A program made the position numbers and the translations under genes. The notes beneath the pieces were generated by a model. The model did no database searches, was not told the DNA's origin, and saw only the letters and a list, made by a program, of their open reading frames with translations. Below are positions 52,521-64,000 of a stretch of 64,000 nucleotides of DNA, piece by piece. Source of the DNA: the human T2T-CHM13v2.0 reference genome, Homo sapiens. How positions within the stretch are numbered: the first letter of the stretch is position 1; each line of letters begins with the position of its first letter. Location of the stretch: the NCBI RefSeq assembly GCF_009914755.1, contig NC_060929.1; one strand, written 5' to 3'.

Positions 52521-54334
52521 GAGAAATATTGCTCCAAAGAATGACTGTCCGTTGGTAAAATTTAAGGGACCATGCAAATCCCTGGGGCTGAGTGTTTCCC
52601 CAGGGCCTGAACAATCTTGCAGGATTGGCAGCCCCTGCTCCCTACCCTGGCTGCAGATAATGCCTGCCTGGTTTCACCAACCCCGCCCTTTCTCAAAGCC
52701 TAGGGTTCTCTAGCCCTTCACAGCTGCTTGACTGCAAGGCTCCAGAGCCCACGCACAGGTGTCTCAGACAGCTTAAAAAGGAGGAACCAGACACCAGTAC
52801 TATAGCTGGAATGACTCTGGATATAATGAGAACAGACGGCAAGAGGCTGGAGTTGCGTACCCCAGTGGCAGAGTCAAGCAAGACTCCTCTGCAACAGGCT
52901 CAGGAACCCTGTGGAAAAGATCACATCACACACCTCCCATCTCCAGCTCCTTACATATCTCCCTACTACCTCCCAAACAAATCCCAAGCTCCTTGGCTTG
53001 AATGTCAAAGCTCCTGGCCTCCTTTGCAACCTCATGGCCCTTGCTCCCCCATTCCCAGAACAAACTGCAAATTCCTGTGTCTCTCTGTCCTTCCTGGATA
53101 GATGCATTTCCTATCTGCCCTTCACTACATTATCTCTCTAAATCAAATCCCATCCTTCAAGGCTGTACTTGATGTCCATGCCCCCAGTCATGACATCACC
53201 TCCAGGAAGCCTTCCCTGACTTCAGACCTAGGGCTTTATCAGTCTGGCTAAGAAGCACGCTGGGCAGAAACTTCTCTCCTCTGTAACCAACCCCACAAGT
53301 CTTCCTAAAAACTGAGCCTGTCCATCTGTCACATGGGACCCCGATGCCTGCCATTGGATGGAGGAGTGTGAAATGGTGTGTTGTGGTGTGTGTTTGCACG
53401 TGTATACCTGTTCAAGGTGGGAGGAGAAAGGGAAGAGGGAAATACACGAGGAGGGTAGGAATCTGAAAGTGTCTCCAAAGGCTAATTATTCTGGTGTTAA
53501 GAACATGAGCTTTGGAGGTAGGCAGCCTGTGGTTTGAGTCCTGGTTCTACTGCTATAAGCCTCTCTGAACTCAGTGTCCTCTTTTGTAAAATAAGCTGGT
53601 TAAGAGCACCTGATGAGAATGTAACTAAACCTGCGTGCAACTAACTTTGCGCAGGGCTTGGTGGGAAACAACAATACAAATACAAACTAACCCTTGTCCA
53701 GTGAGTATTACATGCCAAGAGGCACCGTTCCAAGTGCTTTACATATAATTAACTAATTTCAGCCTCACAAAATCCACCCTATGGGCTGGGCACTGTTGTT
53801 ATCTCCACTTTACAAAGGAGGAAATTGAGACACAGAGGTTTTGTGACCTGCCCAAGGACATATAGTGAGTAAGTGGCAGAGCAGGGATTCAACCTGGATT
53901 CCATGCTTTTATTCGTCGGGCTATCCCGCCTCCTAGATATTGCTCCTGGGTGGTAAAGGCCCATCACGTGCTAAACAACACCCCTACCACCACCTCTACT
54001 TCACCCAAATCTAACACACCTTTCCCCCACATTTTAGTGTCTCTGAAATCAAGATGTGTTTTATAATTGAAGGCAATTATGTGAAAATCTTCCACGGATA
54101 CCTCTTGGTAAGATTTTTTAAAAGTGCATTGATGCAATGTGTTTTATAGTAAATGAAACAAGATACCACTAATGATGAATATTAATGAGAATAACTTCAG
54201 CCCTAACCCATATCCACTCATCCATATTTATACACGGTGGAATTAAGATCCAAAAGGGAAAAACCTTTTCAAAGTCAAGAGCTCAAATTATATAAGCGTA
54301 ACCAAAAAGCCAGGTACTGAGAGGAGACGAGGGT

Positions 54335-54660
54335 CTGTGTGTGTGTCATCTGCATCTAGCGTGTATGTGTCTTGTATGTGTGTGCATGTGTGCTGCGTAT
54401 ATGTGGTGTGCATGGGTCATGTGTGCATAGTGTGTGAGTGGTGTGTGTGTAGGTGTAGTGTCTTGTGGGGGTGTAGCATGTATGTGTATATATAATGTGT
54501 TCTGTGTGTGATGTGTGTATGTGTGGTGTGCACCTGTCACATGCATATGTAACGTGTTTTATGTATGAGTGTGTGTCACATGTGAGAATGTGTGTGTGTA
54601 TAGTATGTGTCTTGTATATGTTAGGTGTGTGTGTCAAGTGTGTGTGTGGTGTGTGTGTGT
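54335..54660. repeat. Degenerate (TG/TA)n low-complexity tract
   Basis: About 325 bp of imperfect TG repeats, seen directly. Confidence 0.9.
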
Positions 54661-54940
54661 ATACACCCTAGTTGTGCAGGACAGCGTGCCCCCTCCCCTG
54701 CCTGCCCCAGTCTTCCTGGTTCTTCCCTAGCAACAGTTATTTTCTCACCCTCTCCTGCAGCCTCGCACAGACCTCATGACATTCCTGCACAATCACACAT
54801 TTGGCAGCACCCCTGGAGGCGAACTGTGACAGTGTTTACTTTCCAGTAGTAGCTTCGGAGGCTGCCAAGGTTCTATTCTTCCAGAGAATCTGTTCAAGTT
54901 CCCAGTGCCCCCAGCCCTTCCCTTAGTCCCTGCCAGTTAC

Positions 54941-55036
54941 CAATGGCCACAAATGCATCCCTGACATCCCCAGACATCTCCTTCTTGATGGTGTGCTCCA
55001 CGTCATAGTTGGTCATCTTGATGAACTCCTGGAAGA
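54941..55036 (-). CDS. ANXA6: ANXA6 exon 23
   Basis: Translates (V)FQEFIKMTNYDVEHTIKKEMSGDVRDAFVAI. 96 nt, AG at 55037-55038, GT at 54939-54940, phase 1-1. Confidence 0.97.
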
Positions 55037-56238
55037 CTGGCCACAAGAGAAGCCCCAGAGGTGGGGGTGAGCTTCAGTGCAGGAGGCGGAGGACCCCTCC
55101 TCAGCCCCACCCAGTGCCTCCCACAGGCTGTGCCTGAGAAAGTGGAAGGGCAGCAAATATGGCCACAGCCCAGGCCTAAATGCATTGGGCAAGATCATCC
55201 CGATAGAGAAGCTCTGACATCAAGGCTGCCGTGGGCTCAGAGCCAAATCTGTCCCACGCCAGTCCCCGTGCCTGGCCAATGGTCTTAGAACCTCGGCCAA
55301 GTTCTGGGAACCCAGGCTGGGGTAGTAAAAGGAGCACGGGTCCTAGTCATGGTTCTGCCCCAGCTCACTGAGGGACCTTGGGTGATCCCTCTCCTTCCTG
55401 GGCCTCCTCTTCCTCCTGTGTCCGCTTGGGATGAAGACACAATGATAACACTCAGGAAACACTCACTGAGTCAGGCATTGCGCCAGTGCTTTATGTGTGT
55501 TATGTTTTTTGTATCTTCACAACAATCATCTCGGGTAGAGCTAAAACCCTGATTCCTACGTAAGGGAGCTCAGGCGCAGAGATTCGGTGACTTGCCTGAG
55601 GTCACATGGCTGTTAAGTGGGGGATTCAAATCAAGGCCGTCCAGTGCCCAAGTCCATTCTTTTAGCCACTATGTTAAAGCACCTTAAATACTGAGAAGTG
55701 CCAGACATTAAATGTAGACATTTAATGTAGTGCCAGACATTAAAATGTAAATGTCTCAGTGCAGGACACTTCATGATTACCGAGTGCCAGGGCCACTGCA
55801 TACAGGTGTGCCCTGAGCATGCGGCAGCCTGTGGTTCAAAGATGTCTATGTGGGTCTTGTGCCACCACCACCTCTCGCTGCCTTGCTCCTGGCAGGCATC
55901 GCCAGTGAATCATGACGCGGGACCCCAGAATCCTTAACACAGCACTCTAGGCAGCTACTACCAATCAGAGTTGGCCTTTGAGGTGAAATCCAGTTGCTAT
56001 ACCTAATCCCGGGCATCCCACCTGCTTCCCTAAGGAGGAGAAAGAAGGTGAGGTATAAGTGGTAGAGCCAGGACTAGAACCCAGGGCTCCAGAGTCGCCG
56101 TCACCCATGACACGCTACTGCTGGGTTAAGGAGGAGGTGGGTGGGCAACGGGCTCCTCTTGCCACAGAGAGCTGAGAGGCTCTCATCAGATTCTGGGATC
56201 TTCCTGCTGAGCTGGGAAGGGAGGAGGTCAGGCCTCAC

Positions 56239-56332
56239 CTCTCCGGAGGTGCGGATAGCTCCGGGTACACAGGATCGTCATGAAACGTGTCTCCAAGGAA
56301 GTTTTGTCTCCACTAGGTGTGTCTGCTATTTC
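56239..56332 (-). CDS. ANXA6: ANXA6 exon 22
   Basis: Translates EIADTPSGDKTSLETRFMTILCTRSYPHLRR. 94 nt, AG at 56333-56334, GAG|GTGAG donor, phase 0-1. Confidence 0.97.
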
Positions 56333-57112
56333 CTGCAGAGCCCCAGTTGGAGCAAGGATTTGGGAGGGGAGACATGAGAAAGCCTTGGTTATTATTCACT
56401 TTCATGTCTTTGCCTGGGCTGAGGGCAGTCAGAAGCTGGGCTCACCCAGCCATCCAAGGGGGCCGAGACTGGTCCCCTCTTCCTTCCTCAAGCACAATGG
56501 CTTCTATACTCCCCTCTCCAGTTCACAAGGACCCTGTGAACTGACAAAGATGGCCTTAGCACTGGGTACTTCCATCCTAGCCTCAGGACCGTGGGGCTGG
56601 GGCTCCTAGGAGGACCCACATAGACTCTGAGCATAGCAACTGGGAGTTCCCCTTCCATCCCTCAACCTTTCTGCAAGCCCCTCTGGGAAGGGTGTATGGG
56701 GTCATATGCAGAGAAGATGGCCTGGCCAGTGTTTCCCCAAGCGGGGTCAAGGGCAAACACACCCGATCACACTGCACATTAGTGTTTCCATGATTGTCTT
56801 CTAGCTAGCTACTAGTTCTATTTATACTGATAGTAAATTCCCCTTAACTCATTTTGGGTTTAAGAGTGAGTCGATTTAAAGATCAGTATTAATAGCTGGT
56901 GGTTACACAGCACAAATCGTGCCAGAGATGATTAGCTGAAGTTTGGGAAACACTTGCCTGGCCTATCTTTTACCAAGCAGGGCCCGGAAGGGGAGAGAGA
57001 GAAGCCGCACAGCAAGCTCCCAAATCACTGCTCGATACTGCCCCGCTCGGCCCAGTAAAGGCGGACTTTACTCAGAGGCCGTTAAAACCCAAATGAAGAA
57101 CAGGACACTCAC

Positions 57113-57130
57113 CAAGATCTCAGCAGCCAC
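57113..57130 (-). CDS. ANXA6: ANXA6 exon 21, the 18-nt alternatively spliced VAAEIL microexon
   Basis: GTG GCT GCT GAG ATC TTG = VAAEIL. Long pyrimidine tract + CAG (57131-57132) and TTG|GTGAGT donor. It matches the established 6-aa insert that distinguishes annexin A6 isoforms. Confidence 0.96.
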
Positions 57131-58079
57131 CTGAGAGCAGGGAGGGGAGAGAGGAGGGAGAGAAGGGAGGCAAGAGTCAGAGGAGGTTGGGGAGGCTGGT
57201 GCTGGGGCCCTGGGGTGCAGGGTGAGGGGCCTGGCTGGGAGTGGGAGAGGTCCCAAGAGACCTGAGAGAACCCGGGATGCGAAAGGAAGGGGGGTAGGGA
57301 CAAGATAAAAATACCTTCCTATGACCTTTTGGGCTGGAGCTCAGAATGCGGATAGGCCTGGCAATAACTAAAAACGTGTTCACTTGAAGGGTAAGAGAAA
57401 GACACAGAAATGGGGAACTCTGCCCTTCGCACCCCAAAACCCAGAGGAGATTCCAGGCCTGTTTCTTTGTCTGAAAGTGGAAATAATCCCTGCCACTTCC
57501 TTACAGAACCACTGAGATGTAAATGTGAGCAGTGCAAAGTTCTCTGCACCCTTTAGCATATTCAGAGTTCCAAGGCAAGAGACATGTAATTTTAGCCTTC
57601 ATGTTACAGACAGGAAAGACTGGCCAGCTGAGGCCTTAAGGGGAGCTGACCTGCCTGGAGGCACACAGCAAACAGTGATGGGAAAGTCATTTTACAAGGG
57701 TTACTTTTAATCACTGCACTATGCAGAGCACAAAATTCTGTGGTTAGGACACTATTTTGTTAGGCAAATAGCTGTGACTTGGAGAGCCTGGGAACAAAAT
57801 ACCCAGGCTCATGTACCTAGGCTGCGTATTGCTTTCGCCGTTCCCCCAGAAACTCTGCTGACTTTATTCTATTGGATAGACTGAACTCTTTATAAACTTC
57901 ACAATAGCCTATACTCTGGAAACCTTCCTCTTCTTTTCATTGCATAATTGGCAATGTCCGTTAAAAGTTAAAAGGCATATGCCATTTGATCAAGCAATTA
58001 TATTGCTAGGAATTTGCCCTACAGGTATACTGGCAAAAGCCTTCCACGATAGAATACAAGACTGTTCACTGCAGCATTC

Positions 58080-58575
<496 letters not shown>

Positions 58576-59036
58576 GCATTTTTCATACTAGAGAAAAACT
58601 GTAAACCATCCTGAGATTGACTTGTTAAACAGGCTATGACTTATCCAATCAATGGAAACAATCCATGCAGTTTTTACAAAGGATAAGATTATCTACAATG
58701 CTGATAAGGAGAGTTTCCATTTAAATTAAGTAAAGAAGTAAAGTATAGCATATTTTTGTGTAATATAGTGTTTCTTTTATCTAGATTCAAAAAAAAATAG
58801 ACACTCACTTTCTCATACTTCCTGGGAAGTACTTAAGAAACTGTCGAGACACCTTTGAGGAGAGGGACTATGAGGGAAAGCTTTCGCATTTTTTTTATTC
58901 TTCCTGAAAATTTCTTAAAGATGCAAAGATATTATTTCATTTTAAATTTAAATGTTAAATAAGAGTTATCAAGGCTACTAGGATTATGGGCTGCTTCTGG
59001 TTTTTAAAATATTTTTCTGTATTAAAAACAACCTAT

Positions 59037-60800
<1,764 letters not shown>

Positions 60801-60815
60801 ATTTTTAAAAGCCTG

Positions 60816-61173
<358 letters not shown>

Positions 61174-63612
61174 TCATGGTAGGTCTATAATAATTATTTA
61201 TAATTTATTGCTCTAATTGGACAACAGAGTGAAAGGGGAAGCAATTAACAATCACTGTGGGGCCACAGTTGGAAATTGGACATATGTTCAACTGGTTAAT
61301 AACAGTCCCAGACTTCTAAGAGCTTGAGGGTGTTCTAGACATCCAGAGTGAGAGACCGCCAGGGAGGCAGTGTAAAACAGGCAAATACAAACTGCCAAGT
61401 ACTCATGTGCGTTATCTAAGGGGGAGCTTGACTCGGCCCTATCAAATGCCCTTAATTTTTATATACATTTTGCTCCCACATTTCCATTTCATCTCTGGAA
61501 ATTCATTCTAATGAATAATTCATGAATGTGATAAAAGAGTTTGCTACTAGGAAGAAGGCTGGTTAAATAACATGGTAGATTCAGATATGGAACAGTATAT
61601 AGCCATTAAATGATATCGTTGATTTAAAAATGCAACAATATTCACATAGTATTAATTTTTAACTGTCAGAAATAAAGAATCCACTTTTATATATACATAG
61701 AGAAGCAACTAGAATAATGTATGCCACAATACTGACAATGCTTATTACTATTAGGTTATGGAGTCTTTTTTGGCTTCTCCTTATTTTCTAGTTTCTATAA
61801 AAGAATGTACTGCTAGTTATAAGAAAATGAGCTTGGGTCTAGCATCCTAAATCTGGAGAAGCAGCCGAGTTGGGCAGGGATCTCGCTCAAGGGTCCCTTA
61901 GCTATTTCCACCCGGGTTCTCTCTCTCCACTTCTCTCCTTTTGCGAAGCAGCTGTCAGCAAGGCCCACCACTGCCCCCTGCTAGCGGCAATTGGAAGCAC
62001 AGCCTCATTGGCAAACCAGGCACCAGGCAGAAGCATTCCCTGGAAGATCAATTCAGGGTTGGAGGATGGATTTGGGGTGAGAGCTGAGATTTTTAAAAAA
62101 CTCTCAGCAGCACACGAGGCTGTTCACAGTAATACTTAATAAACGTCTGTTGAATGAGTGAATGAAATGTGGCCTCAGCAAGCCACCCTAGTGTCTGGCT
62201 GGGTTCTCAGCCTAACCCCCATCCATGTGCCCACAATGTAGCTGAAATGCCATACATTTAAATGTAACCCTGCAGCTTTTGACAACCATATTCCAAAGCA
62301 AGGGTTGGACAACTGGACAACAACAGCTATTTGATGTGGAAGCTGCAGGGGACCTTAACTCTACTGGGTCTTGGAAGATATTACTGTAAATGGAATTAAG
62401 CATAGACTCTGGCATCAGGCAAGCCTGAGTTCAAATAAAACCACCACCACTTAGAAATTCTTTCATTGAAGAGGTTAAGGAGCTTCATTTTCTTCTAGTA
62501 AAAAGGGAGAACATAAAAACGTATAGAATAATCTTGGCATCGTTCTCAATATATAGTATGCATTCTAAAAATTATAATTACAATTCTGTAACTGTCAGGT
62601 TCCAGCTAAAGATTTTTCTAGCTCAGATGCTGTTGTAGCAAACCACACTTCTGTTATGGGACCTGGGAACAGAAAAGTTGGTTCCCTGACTCTCAATCCA
62701 TCAGTGCTCTTTTCAACTCACCAACTATAAAAGAAGGGGGCTGGATGTCTATAAAAGTCTGTGGTGTCTGTGCCCCACATCCCTGGACACAGCTTTTGGG
62801 GGCGGGAAAATGAGGCAGTCAGAAGAGATGGAGACATGGACCTGGGTCAGGCTACTGGGTGCTGGGATCAAGGTGCAGGTCAGTGGGGGACAATGCACTG
62901 GCCTCAGTAGGGACTGCCCAGCCATAGAACCCTCAGGGAAAATGAATTTGGGGTTGTCCAACCTCCAGAAGAAGCCATTTCCAGACCTCAAGCTCACTAG
63001 GCTAAGGAGCAGGGCTGAGGCAGAGCAGCCAAGAGACTCCTAGAGAACCCTTTTCCCTGCTATTCATTCAACAAATATTTATTGAGCACTGATCATGTGT
63101 TACTTTGGATATATCAGTGAACAAAATGAAGATTCCAGCCCTTGAGGAACTTACTTTCTAGGCTCGTCCCAGGACACTCCCTCCAATCTCGGTCCCATTT
63201 TACAGATAATAAACCGAGGCCTTTAGCACTCAGGCCCTCTTCTCAGCAAGTTCCCAGACCAGCTCTCTAGGGGTCAATTCTACTGGGGCCACTGATTTGC
63301 TGTGTGACTTTCAGAAGTCATTTGCCCTTTCTGGACCTCCATTTTCCCACTGTAACATGAGGGCTTTGACCTGGGTGATCTGCAGGTCCCTGCCAGCTCT
63401 GAGGGTCCTGCTATTCACCTAGGAAATGCCAGTAATACCAGCACCACACTTCTAAACCTCATTTCTACAGTCTAAGTATCAACCAATCAAACCAACCACG
63501 CCCCTGCCAGGAGCCTTCACTCACAGACAGGGCCCGGCGTAGACACGCATAAGCTGGACCTACATCTCAGGGACACCCGGCAGAGGTGACTGGGGTGGGC
63601 TGGGGGTCTTAC

Positions 63613-63666
63613 CTGGGCATCTTCCCGTGCCTGGTCCAGGTTTTCTCCTCCCTCCTCACGATGCCC
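63613..63666 (-). CDS. ANXA6: ANXA6 exon 20
   Basis: Translates GHREEGGENLDQAREDAQ. 54 nt, AG at 63667-63668, CAG|GTAAG donor, phase 0-0. The gene continues beyond the right edge. Confidence 0.96.
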
Positions 63667-64000
63667 CTGCAGCAGGAGCAGCAAGAAAGTTCAGTCCCCA
63701 AACATCGACCCATCTCCATCTCTGTACCACCACACACCCTGCTCATTTTCACCTCTCTGAATGCTCTTCCTCATCAGCTACACAGGGACGAAAATCCTGC
63801 CTCTATAAGGTAGGCTGTTGTGGTCATTAACTGAGAATGTGTGCAAGACACTTAGCACCAATGCCTGACACACAGCAAGCTCTCGGTAACTGTCAATGAG
63901 GGTCTGCCATTTTGGTTATGGGAATTCAAGAGATGGTGACAGAAGCTCCCAGGTAACAACACAGGAGAGGGTCACCCATATGGCTTTGTCCTGTGAGCTG

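Overview
This is human (primate) genomic DNA, recognisable as the TNIP1-ANXA6 locus on 5q33.1, with both genes on the minus strand in tandem. The left half holds the 5' part of TNIP1 (ABIN-1): coding exons 2-6 (codons 1-209, all GT-AG and in phase), a CpG-island promoter with non-coding exon 1 at about 27.4 kb, and candidate distal first exons near 33.6, 34.1 and 39.9 kb. The right half holds the last seven coding exons of ANXA6 (annexin A6, exons 20-26 by my recalled numbering), including the 18-nt VAAEIL microexon, plus its 3'UTR. The rest is Alu, L1, L2, MaLR LTR and DNA-transposon fossils and simple repeats. I found no new protein-coding gene or self-contained novel system; the long ORF-track entries are Alu, CpG-island or shadow-frame artefacts. 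The most notable unexplained structures are: a 12-bp hairpin burying the ANXA6 AAUAAA; a ~190-bp direct duplication bracketing the distal TNIP1 promoter; strong-context uORFs in the candidate distal TNIP1 leader; a possible RNA bridge beside the ANXA6 microexon; a compound (GA)25(GT)22(GC)6 tract beside the in-frame LIR2 exon of TNIP1; and a nested MER5A>MER81>MADE1 insertion. Repeat subfamily names and SNP placements come from memory and need database confirmation.
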